Source: Erysipelotrichaceae bacterium
GTDB taxonomy: Bacteria > Bacillota_I > Bacilli_A > Erysipelotrichales > Erysipelotrichaceae
Assembly (NCBI GenBank): GCA_963663995.1
Contig: OY760660.1
Location: 1-32,000, forward strand
Length of the DNA stretch: 32,000 nucleotides
Direction: 5' to 3'
Part shown: one piece after another, positions 1-7,345 of the stretch
How positions within the stretch are numbered: position 1 is the stretch's first letter
Layout of the letters: every line of letters begins with the position of its first letter
The notes under the pieces: generated by a model
Databases searched by the model: none
What the model saw: the letters and a program-made list of their open reading frames with translations, nothing else
What the model was told of the DNA's origin: nothing
Position numbers and translations under genes: made by a program

Positions 1-1
1 T

Positions 2-1543
2 ATTCGTCATGAGCTAAACCACTACCCGAACACTAGTGATTATAGCTCAACCCAAGTCGTTTTGCCACTTGATTGTGGAATTTTAATTGAAACAAATGAT
101 CCAGTGATGAGTTTTAATCAAATCATGGATGAAATTAATCTTAAAGTGTTCGTTAAGAGATATACAAAAGGTCGCCATGATTATGAAGAGATCACATTGA
201 TTAAGCTTTTATTGTTTGCTTATATGAATCAGATAACGAGTCTAAGAAAGATTGAATCAGCCTGTAAAACAGATATTCGATTTATCTGGTTATCAAAAGG
301 GATACGCCCGAGTCATATGACTTTTTATCGCTTGATGAAGGAAAGACTTAAAGGGCGATTTGAAGATTTGTTTTATGAAATTAATAAAGTGCTTATTCGT
401 AAAGATCACATAGATACCAGTGTTCTCTATATCGATGGAACGAAGTTTGAAGCGAATGCGACGAAGAATAGTTTTGTTTGGAAGAAAGCAGTGTTGAAGA
501 ACCAAAAGAAGTTATTTGAAAAGATTAGTGCTTTTTATAAAACTTATTCATTAGAAACAAAGTCTAGTTATCACGCTGATGATTTAAGTGAATTCAAGAT
601 GGCTTTATACAATGACTGTTTACTTAAAAAGATTGAGTTTGTCAGTGGTAAAGGACATCCTAAACATCCTTTACAAAAAGCTTATGAAACAATTAGAGAT
701 TATCAAAACAAGTTAATCGAATATGAGATTCATCTACAAATCTGTGGAGATCGAAACAGTTACTCTAAAACTGATCATGATGCGACCTTTATGCATATGA
801 AAGAAGACTATTATATGCGAACAGGCATCTTTAAACCTGGCTATAATGTGCAGCTAGGGGTCAGTGATGAATATATCATGATGGCTAAAACTTATCCTAA
901 CCCAACAGACACGAAAACCTTTATCCCTTTTCTAGAAGCGTATAAGAAAGCTTATGGTCATTATCCTAAGACACCCGTCGCAGATGCAGGCTATGGAAGT
1001 TATGATAATTATCTCTATTGTGTGACACGCGGTATGGAACTCTTTCAAAAATATAGTCTTTATGAACAGGAAAAACATGGAGTTAAGAAGAAACAAAAAT
1101 TTCAATCTAAATCCATGAGACAAGAAGATGGATCCTTTATCTGTCCTGAAGGGAAATCCTTTAACTACGTCGATTCTCATTTAGATGAAAAAGGTTTATA
1201 TCCTAAATTGATTCATCATTATCAGTGTATTGATTGTACAGACTGTCCTTTAGCTAAAGACTGTAAGAAAAGTGAAGCTAATCGACAGTTGAGTATTAAT
1301 CCTGTTCTCTTAGAACTACAGTCCATCGCTAAAGAAAACTTAGATAGTGAGCGAGGGATACAATTAAGAATGAATCGATCTGCACAATCAGAATCAACCT
1401 TTGGAATCCTTAAATATAACTGGGGAAAACAAAGATTTACACGTCGTGGTAAAGAAAATGTGGATAACGAGTTATATTGCCTCTGTATTGGCTATAACTT
1501 AATGAAATATCATTCAAGAAAACTAAGACATAAACTCAATTAA
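2..1543 (+). CDS. IS1182-family DDE transposase, 5' end cut by window edge
   Basis: Frame 2 is open from nt 2 (IRHELNHYPNTSDYSSTQVVLPLDCGILIE...), so the track's TTG at 62 is an internal codon. The N-terminal 'LPLD..I..NDPV' segment and C-terminal Cys cluster (CPEG...CIDCTDCPLAKDC) fit my recollection of IS1182-type transposases. Stop TAA 1541-1543. Confidence 0.85.
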   Translation: MRHELNHYPNTSDYSSTQVVLPLDCGILIETNDPVMSFNQIMDEINLKVFVKRYTKGRHDYEEITLIKLLLFAYMNQITSLRKIESACKTDIRFIWLSKGIRPSHMTFYRLMKERLKGRFEDLFYEINKVLIRKDHIDTSVLYIDGTKFEANATKNSFVWKKAVLKNQKKLFEKISAFYKTYSLETKSSYHADDLSEFKMALYNDCLLKKIEFVSGKGHPKHPLQKAYETIRDYQNKLIEYEIHLQICGDRNSYSKTDHDATFMHMKEDYYMRTGIFKPGYNVQLGVSDEYIMMAKTYPNPTDTKTFIPFLEAYKKAYGHYPKTPVADAGYGSYDNYLYCVTRGMELFQKYSLYEQEKHGVKKKQKFQSKSMRQEDGSFICPEGKSFNYVDSHLDEKGLYPKLIHHYQCIDCTDCPLAKDCKKSEANRQLSINPVLLELQSIAKENLDSERGIQLRMNRSAQSESTFGILKYNWGKQRFTRRGKENVDNELYCLCIGYNLMKYHSRKLRHKLN

Positions 1544-1634
1544 ATAGTTATAAAACCTTAAAAGTTCTTTTTAAGTCGTCTAGTTTTCTAAATTTAATCC
1601 AAAAAAATATCAAAACCATCAGATTAAACAAAAA

Positions 1635-1714
1635 AAGAAGCTGTAACGCCTCTAGTTTCGTTTTCATCCATACCATGGATATTCACTATTCTATTTCGTT
1701 ACAGCCTCTTTTTT
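1635..1714. terminator. Long interrupted hairpin with A-run/T-run flanks; probable bidirectional terminator (or IS1182 end structure)
   Basis: AAGAAGCTGTAACG (1635-1648) pairs with CGTTACAGCCTCTT (1697-1710) at 13/14 positions. A-run before, T-run 1709-1714 after. The ~48-nt loop holds a nested palindrome ATCCAT-ACC-ATGGAT (1666-1680). Confidence 0.45.
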
Positions 1715-1730
1715 GTGATTTATTCAATAT

Positions 1731-2552
1731 TTATTCTTGTCTTAGGGTAAAGACATATATGCTTGGATCTCTGAATAATCGCGCTTGATATTCAACCGTA
1801 GATATCCCATTACTAATTAACATATCAATACCATTAACCGTATGAGTACCAGAGATATAGTTTCCATCTGCTCTTGAATAACTTGCTTTTAAGAATGGTA
1901 AGTTAAGCTGACCACCATGTGTTTTTGCGGCAAGAATATAATCAACTTCTTGATTTCTAAAATTTGTAATCCATTCAGGATCATACATGAAACACAGTGT
2001 ATACACATTAGTATCCAAACTTTCTAAACTTGTTTCTAATCCATGGTAGCCGAATATTTGAATACCTAAGCTTGAATCATTACGAATTAAGACAGCCTTA
2101 TTTTCAAGAATCTCAATATTGTGCTTTAAATATACTGTCTCAATTAGATCACTATGATAAGCATCATCTTGTCCTAAGACAGCAAAGAAACCAAGTTTAG
2201 GATTAAGTTTATTGAGTTGATCATCCAAAAATGCAATTTGTTCATCACTTACACCTGCATGAGATGCATCGACAAAGTCACCACCAAATAGGAGAATGTC
2301 AGCTTCTTCATTTTCAATCGCATCAAAGACTTCAGCAATGAAAGCATTATTATCATTAGCAAATAAATGTAAATCAGAAAAGTAAATAATCTTAATTCCA
2401 TCTAAACTCTTTGGAATTTTTGAATCAGTTAGATCGATTCTTTTAATTGCTAATCTTGTTAGAGAAAGATTACTGGCATCGTTATATAAAGCTAAACCAC
2501 TAATGAGTGGAATGAAGATTAATAAGAGAATAATTAATAAAGATTTTTTCAT
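1731..2552 (-). CDS. Membrane-anchored calcineurin-like metallophosphoesterase (YaeI/YkuE-like)
   Basis: N-terminal TM helix (KKSLLIILLLIFIPLISGLAL). Motifs SDLHL, GGDFVD, THGGQ. Start taken as ATG 2552; the track uses GTG 2558. Motifs III-V look partly substituted (see findings). Confidence 0.8.
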   Translation of the reverse strand: MKKSLLIILLLIFIPLISGLALYNDASNLSLTRLAIKRIDLTDSKIPKSLDGIKIIYFSDLHLFANDNNAFIAEVFDAIENEEADILLFGGDFVDASHAGVSDEQIAFLDDQLNKLNPKLGFFAVLGQDDAYHSDLIETVYLKHNIEILENKAVLIRNDSSLGIQIFGYHGLETSLESLDTNVYTLCFMYDPEWITNFRNQEVDYILAAKTHGGQLNLPFLKASYSRADGNYISGTHTVNGIDMLISNGISTVEYQARLFRDPSIYVFTLRQE

Positions 2553-2559
2553 CTTCACT

Positions 2560-2565
2560 ATTATA
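2560..2565 (-). promoter_or_regulatory. -10 box TATAAT 7 nt upstream of ATG 2552 (leaderless-type arrangement)
   Basis: Minus strand reads ...AAAG TATAAT AGTGAAG ATG. No GGAG-type SD in the upstream 20 nt. Confidence 0.4.
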
Positions 2566-2616
2566 CTTTAAAGCTTTAAGATTTAAGTACTATAACAGTA
2601 ACTGAGGTATAAGATA

Positions 2617-3333
2617 ATGAAAAAAATGTTTGCGATTTTGTTAATACTAGCTGGTTCTTTGGCACTTGTAGATAATTTAAATATTCTACCAATCAATCAT
2701 TTAATTGATTACTTATGGCCAAGCTTCCTAATTCTATTGGGTTTATCTGGTTTAGCAGGCAAGAATAAAAATACTTTACTCTCTGTCATTTTGATTTTAG
2801 TTGGATCCATTTTCTTAGCGAAACAATTTGGTTATCTCTTACATATCGATGTTTCCGATTTACTCTTTCCAGTCATATTAATTATTGTTGGTTTAGCACT
2901 ATTAACAAATAAGAGTCAACATCGAGAATATAAAGAAGAGTATGAAAACAAAGCAAATTATACGGAATATAAGAATCGTTCTGAATACAAGACTTTCCAT
3001 GAATCAAATCAACGTGAGTATAATGCAATCTTAAGTGGCCGAAATGAGAGAATTGTAAATAAATCATTTAAGCAAGTCACTGTCAATGCGATTTTGGGGC
3101 ATGCAGAAATCGATTTTAGAGATATCGAACTTCAAGATGAGATTGCCTATATTGATGTGAACTGTATTATGGCTGGCTGTGATTTAATCCTACCTAGAGG
3201 TTATCGATATATTATCAGTGGTACACCAATATTGGGGTCATGCGATAATTTTATTGAAAATGATGCAAATGCGTCAAAAACAATAGAAATACGTTATGCA
3301 GTTGTCTTAGGTGGTATAGATCTTAAACATTAA
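2617..3333 (+). CDS. LiaF-like cell-wall-active-antibiotic response protein (DUF2154-type C-terminal domain)
   Basis: SD GAGGT upstream. Four N-terminal TM helices, an E/Y/K-rich linker, and a C-terminal beta-rich domain (VNAILGHAEIDFRDIEL...CIMAGCDLILPRGY...) typical of LiaF-family proteins. Confidence 0.7.
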   Translation: MKKMFAILLILAGSLALVDNLNILPINHLIDYLWPSFLILLGLSGLAGKNKNTLLSVILILVGSIFLAKQFGYLLHIDVSDLLFPVILIIVGLALLTNKSQHREYKEEYENKANYTEYKNRSEYKTFHESNQREYNAILSGRNERIVNKSFKQVTVNAILGHAEIDFRDIELQDEIAYIDVNCIMAGCDLILPRGYRYIISGTPILGSCDNFIENDANASKTIEIRYAVVLGGIDLKH

Positions 3334-3361
3334 AAAGAACGCACTAGGCGTTCTTTGTTTT
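3334..3361. terminator. Bidirectional rho-independent terminator shared by convergent LiaF-like and rnj genes
   Basis: AAAGAACGC (3334-3342) / GCGTTCTTT (3348-3356), loop ACTAG, A-run before, GTTTT after. The rnj stop codon (complement of 3344-3346) lies in the loop. Confidence 0.8.
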
Positions 3362-5095
3362 GACTTGGGCTTCTTTAGAATTCAAAATAACTGGAATAAC
3401 TAAAGGGTTACGTCTTGTTTTTTGATAAAGGAAAGGTTCAAGAGATCCACGAATTGTATTCTTTAATTCTCCAAAGGTGGTTTTTTGAGCCATCTTTTTC
3501 TTTAAAGCTTCATAGACAATTATTTCAGCTTCCTTAAGTAAGGTTTGGTTTTCTTTAATAAAGACAAAACCTCTTGAAACAATATTAGGTTTAACTAAAA
3601 TCTTGTTTGCGCGAGAATCAATCGATACAACGACTGAAACCATTCCATTATCAGATAAAATCTTACGATCTTTAATAACGGATGTGCTTAAACCAGAAGC
3701 ATCGTTGCCATCAACATAAATATCATCCGTCTGAATTCGATAATCTGATAGGAAGACTTCACCATTTCGAATAACGACTGGATCACCATTAGCAACAATG
3801 AAGATATTTTCTTCAGGGATACCAACTTCATGACCTGTCTTGGCATGTGTTTTCAACATCTTATATTCTCCATGCATAGGCATAAAGAATTTAGGTTTAA
3901 TCAGTTGCAACATCAGTTTTTGTTCTTCCTGTGATGCATGTCCGGTTGTGTGTAAGTCTGATAGAGCAGTGTTGGTTAAAACATTTGCCCCAGCTCTAAA
4001 GAGTTGATTGACGACTCCATTAACAGATTGTGCATTACCAGGAATAGGAGATGATGAGAAGATAACAGTATCACCAGGATGTACATTAATGAATTTATGG
4101 GTACCATTCGCAATTCTTGATAAAGCGGCTAAAGGTTCACCTTGTGAGCCTGTCGCTATAATTAATAATTTATTAGCAGGTACTGTATTTAATTTATTGG
4201 CTTCAACAAAGTCATCCGTTTTAAATTTTAAATGACCATACTCTAAACCAATTTTGACAACGTTTTCCATAGAACGGCCAATAACACAAACTTTTCGACC
4301 ATTCGCAACAGCTGCTTCAATAATTTGTTTTACACGATATAGATTAGAGGCAAAGGTTGCGACAATCATACGACCATGTGTTTTACGGGTGATTTCCATA
4401 ATTGAATCTGCCACTTTTTTCTCAGAAATTGAGAAACCAGTAACTGATGAATTGGTGGAATCACTTAAAAGTAAAGTGACACCTGTTTGACCAATATAAG
4501 CCATTTTTTGATAGTCAGCATTAGCTCCAACAGGTGTTAAGTCAAATTTGAAGTCACCGGTATGAACTACACGCCCATTTGGAGTGTTGATTAGAACCCC
4601 TAAACTATCAGGAATTGAGTGAGTTGTTTCAAAAAATCCAATTCTGAAATGTTCAGTTTGAACACTTGAATTATCATCAATAATTTCGATACGAGGGACA
4701 TCTCTTAAACGTCTTTCTTCAACTTTTTTACGAATCAAAGCCGCCGCAAAAGTTGGCGCATAAATCTTTGGTACACGTACTTTTTTAATTAAGAAAGGAA
4801 TACCACCAATATGGTCTTCATGGCCATGGGTAATGATTAAAGCTTTAATTTTATGTTGATTACGTTGAAGGTAAGAATAGTCATTAATGACATAATCCAC
4901 TCCTAGTAAAAATTCTTCTGGGAAACGAACACCGCAATCGATGATAATTATTTCATCAAGGTGTTCTAAACAATACATGTTTTTACCAACTTCACCTAAT
5001 CCGCCTAAGGCGTAGACTAAGGTATCAGTAGCACGATTATATGTTTTTTGTTCAATCAGGGCAATGTCTTCGTTATACATTTTCGACTTCTTCAC
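3344..5095 (-). CDS. rnj: Ribonuclease J
   Basis: ALGGLGEVGKNMY N-terminus, metallo-beta-lactamase motif HGHEDHIGG, beta-CASP and C-terminal domain, ~580 aa. Start is ambiguous: GTG 5095 (AGGAG only 3 nt upstream) or ATG 5080. Confidence 0.92.
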   Translation of the reverse strand: MKKSKMYNEDIALIEQKTYNRATDTLVYALGGLGEVGKNMYCLEHLDEIIIIDCGVRFPEEFLLGVDYVINDYSYLQRNQHKIKALIITHGHEDHIGGIPFLIKKVRVPKIYAPTFAAALIRKKVEERRLRDVPRIEIIDDNSSVQTEHFRIGFFETTHSIPDSLGVLINTPNGRVVHTGDFKFDLTPVGANADYQKMAYIGQTGVTLLLSDSTNSSVTGFSISEKKVADSIMEITRKTHGRMIVATFASNLYRVKQIIEAAVANGRKVCVIGRSMENVVKIGLEYGHLKFKTDDFVEANKLNTVPANKLLIIATGSQGEPLAALSRIANGTHKFINVHPGDTVIFSSSPIPGNAQSVNGVVNQLFRAGANVLTNTALSDLHTTGHASQEEQKLMLQLIKPKFFMPMHGEYKMLKTHAKTGHEVGIPEENIFIVANGDPVVIRNGEVFLSDYRIQTDDIYVDGNDASGLSTSVIKDRKILSDNGMVSVVVSIDSRANKILVKPNIVSRGFVFIKENQTLLKEAEIIVYEALKKKMAQKTTFGELKNTIRGSLEPFLYQKTRRNPLVIPVILNSKEAQVKTKNA

Positions 5096-5657
5096 TTTCT
5101 CCTAAAATAATGGCATTTTCTTTTTTCAACCAAGGGTTCTCTACATTAATATGATCATAGAATAAAACACCTTTTAAATGGTCTAATTCATGTTGTAATA
5201 CAACGGATATAAATCCACTTACTCTAAAATCAACTTCTTCTTCTTTTAGAATGTCATAGGCTTTTACACGAATGCGTGCCGGTCTAAAAACATAACCTTC
5301 GTGAACATCTTCAATGGATAAACAGCCTTCACCCGTTGAAAGAGCAGCTTCTTGAACGGAGTGAGAAACAATCTTTGGATTAGCGAGTAAATACTCATGC
5401 CAATTGTCTTCTTCATCCTCAGCCATGACACAAATGATTTGCTTAAGTTCACCAATTTGTGGGGCAGCTATTCCAACAGCTGGTTTTAAATTATATTCTT
5501 CTGCCTTATCATCATCGCGTGAATCATGGACATATCTAAGCATTCTTTTCGCAAGTGCTAAATCTTTTTGGGTGAGTGGGATTTTAATGGGTTCTGCTTT
5601 TTTTCTTAATACATCAGCAGGATCTTTAATAATGGTATCGTAAGTAATTCTATTCAT
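5073..5657 (-). CDS. def: Peptide deformylase (long DefB/YkrB-like type)
   Basis: Motifs GIAAPQIG, EGCLS, HELDH. SD AGAGGA 4-5 nt upstream of ATG 5657. The 3' end overlaps the rnj start. Confidence 0.93.
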   Translation of the reverse strand: MNRITYDTIIKDPADVLRKKAEPIKIPLTQKDLALAKRMLRYVHDSRDDDKAEEYNLKPAVGIAAPQIGELKQIICVMAEDEEDNWHEYLLANPKIVSHSVQEAALSTGEGCLSIEDVHEGYVFRPARIRVKAYDILKEEEVDFRVSGFISVVLQHELDHLKGVLFYDHINVENPWLKKENAIILGESEEVENV

Positions 5658-5775
5658 ATTTCCTCTTTAAAAAAGTTTGAGTTCAAAGTCAAAAGGTTTT
5701 TTTGGCTATGAATGATTTGTTTTTGCCACAAATAATAACTGCGCTAAGTATAAACTACTTTAAATCAATTGTACA

Positions 5776-5790
5776 TTAATTTACATTTTT
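5776..5790 (+). repeat. Left copy of perfect 15-bp direct repeat TTAATTTACATTTTT (candidate target-site duplication)
   Basis: Identical 15-mer at 7284-7298. The flanking bases differ (A/G on the left copy, C/A on the right). Confidence 0.6.
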
Positions 5791-5804
5791 GTAACACGTC
5801 ATTT

Positions 5805-5829
5805 TAAACGCAATAAGTTATTGCGTTTA
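5805..5829. repeat. Perfect 25-bp palindrome TAAACGCAATAA-G-TTATTGCGTTTA in the left end of the IS
   Basis: Read directly from sequence. Overlaps the AACGCAAT block of the putative left IR. Confidence 0.8.
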
Positions 5830-5858
5830 CCTAGAAAAAGAAAATTATAATAAAAATA

Positions 5859-5870
5859 CGTTAAGATCTT
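5859..5870. repeat. 12-bp inverted-repeat partner CGTTAAGATCTT (5' UTR side of transposase gene)
   Basis: Reverse complement occurs at 7084-7095. The core AAGATCTT is itself palindromic. Confidence 0.6.
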
Positions 5871-5901
5871 GAGGATTTGAAAAGAAAGGAGTTGTTTTCT
5901 T

Positions 5902-7068
5902 ATGGGAAAACATTTAACCACACGAGATCGAGTTATCATTCATTATCAGATTGAACACAATCGTGATACAAGTCTTAAATCATTAGCCTTTGATTTGAAG
6001 TGTAGTGAATCTACTGTGTATAGAGAGTTAAAATGAAACGGGATTAATCGAGGTTCTAAACAGCGAAGATTTATGAAGGGACAACCAGAACCTTGTCCTA
6101 AACTTCAAAAGTTTCCTTATGTCTGTAATGTGTGCACACATAAATCACGCTGCAGTAAAGATATCTTTGAATACGATGCTTATGAAGCGGATAAGAAAGC
6201 GTTCTATATAATGAAGGATTCGAGAAGTCATCCGCGAATCACAACGAAGAAACTGAAAGAACTGGATGACTCAGTCAGTGAGCGAGTTATTAATCATCAA
6301 TCACTTTTTCATATCCTTCAAAGTGATGAAAGAATTAGTGTTTCTGAATCAACTTTAAGACGTTATATTGATAAACAATACCTTCAATGTCGAAACATTG
6401 ATTTACCACGAACTGTACGCTTTCCTAACTCTAAAACATCTAATAGAGTCTCTAGACACCGCATTAATGTTGAGTTTTTAGTGAATCGTACCTATCAGGA
6501 CTTTAGAGATTATAATCATTCAAACTCAAGAGTCACACTTCAAGTCGATACCGTCATTGGTAAGAAAACGGATAAGAAGTGTTTACTGACTTGTTTCGAG
6601 CCTATTTCGAGGTTTCAATGGGGATACATCGTTTACAAATCAGCGACTTCAGTCAATAATGCTTTAGCCGATTTGATTCAAACACTCTATACATCAAACC
6701 ATTTATTCTTTGATTGTATACTCTCAGATAATGGTGGAGAGTTTCAATCATTACCACAATTAGAGATGACTGATGAAGGTGAAATACTTACACGCATCTT
6801 CTACTGTGATCCCTACTCATCATTTCAGAAAGGTGGTTGTGAACGTAATCATTCACTTATTCGTTATGTCATAAAAAAAGGAGAAAGCTTTGATTTTGTT
6901 TCACAAGACGAAATCAACGAGCTATTCTCCCACATCAACTCCCAGAAGCGCAAAAGCTTGGCTGGGAAAACGCCTTTTCAGGCATTCACTGAACGATTTC
7001 ACTTTCAGCCTAGTGAATTCATTCAAGTCTTTGAAGTCCAACCTTCAAAGATTAAACTAAAGAAGTAA
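5902..7068 (+). pseudogene. IS30-family DDE transposase interrupted by one in-frame TGA (6034-6036)
   Basis: SD AAGGAG 5886-5891. One frame runs from ATG 5902 to TAA 7068 with a single TGA after ...CSESTVYRELK. Downstream DDE-like motifs are intact (LQVDTVIG, LSDNGGEF, GGCERNHSLIRY). The track ORF 6073-7068 is the post-stop part of the same frame. Confidence 0.85.
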
Positions 7069-7083
7069 TCTTTAATTGCCTTT

Positions 7084-7095
7084 AAGATCTTAACG
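7084..7095. repeat. 12-bp inverted-repeat partner AAGATCTTAACG (3' UTR side of transposase gene)
   Basis: Reverse complement of 5859-5870. Confidence 0.6.
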
Positions 7096-7110
7096 GTTCA
7101 TATTGCGATT

Positions 7111-7143
7111 AACTTGAAATAATCACAATTTCAAGTTCTTTTC
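7111..7143 (+). terminator. Rho-independent terminator downstream of the IS30 transposase
   Basis: AACTTGAAAT (7111-7120) / ATTTCAAGTT (7128-7137), 7-nt loop, followed by CTTTTCG. Confidence 0.7.
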
Positions 7144-7197
7144 GTTATGGTCAAAAGACCTTAATAAGTACCCTTATTATAGTCTTTTTAAACAAAA

Positions 7198-7231
7198 AGT
7201 GATATCCAAGACTGAATATCACTCGTTTTTT
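7198..7231. terminator. Second, bidirectional-looking terminator hairpin inside the IS right end
   Basis: AGTGATAT (7198-7205) / ATATCACT (7216-7223), 10-nt loop, A-run before, CGTTTTTT after. Confidence 0.65.
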
Positions 7232-7283
7232 AACTAAATTAACTATTCTTCTAATTTCATTGCGTTGAGTTTAAATACTAACC

Positions 7284-7298
7284 TTAATTTACATTTTT
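7284..7298 (+). repeat. Right copy of the 15-bp direct repeat TTAATTTACATTTTT
   Basis: Identical to 5776-5790. Confidence 0.6.
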
Positions 7299-7329
7299 AT
7301 GGCATCTATGATGATAAAAGATTTGAATT

Positions 7330-7338
7330 TGATACAAT
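7330..7338 (+). promoter_or_regulatory. Extended -10 TGaTACAAT, 7 nt upstream of in-frame GTG 7346
   Basis: Sequence TTTGATACAATACAAGAAGTG. No SD precedes any candidate start of the SEDS gene. Confidence 0.4.
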
Positions 7339-7345
7339 ACAAGAA

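Larger units (their letters stand above)
5791..7283 (+). mobile_element. IS30-family insertion sequence (about 1.49 kb), boundaries inferred from 15-bp flanking direct repeat
   Basis: Contains an IS30-type transposase frame. The ends GTAACACGTCATTTTAAACGCAAT and (reverse complement) GGTTAGTATTTAAACTCAACGCAAT share GT.. termini and an AACGCAAT block at offset 17/18. It lies between the divergent def and SEDS genes. Confidence 0.55.

Noticed and set aside
293-1180. ORFs of 70 and 82 aa antisense to the IS1182 transposase
   Set aside because: These are shadow frames within the transposase gene, with low-complexity hydrophobic or Phe/Ile-rich products typical of AT-rich antisense translation.
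4008-4490. Two ORFs (75 and 78 aa) antisense to rnj
   Set aside because: They are embedded in the conserved RNase J coding region, have no start context, and their composition is typical of shadow frames.
6034-6036. Idea that the whole genome uses genetic code 4 (TGA=Trp)
   Set aside because: TGA terminates the SEDS gene (8516-8518), hrcA (10679-10681), rlmN (26328-30) and the PP2C gene (27062-64) at family-typical C-termini. No other conserved gene contains an in-frame TGA.
5859-7095. Using the 12-bp inverted repeat as the IS30 termini (a 1237-bp element)
   Set aside because: No flanking direct repeat exists at these positions. The outer 15-bp perfect direct repeat plus the AACGCAAT-containing ends explain the data better. 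The alternative is kept within a finding.
1-7283. Composite transposon formed by the two IS elements around metallophosphoesterase / LiaF-like / rnj / def
   Set aside because: The two elements belong to different families (IS1182 and IS30), so they cannot be mobilised as one unit by a single transposase. The cargo is core housekeeping.
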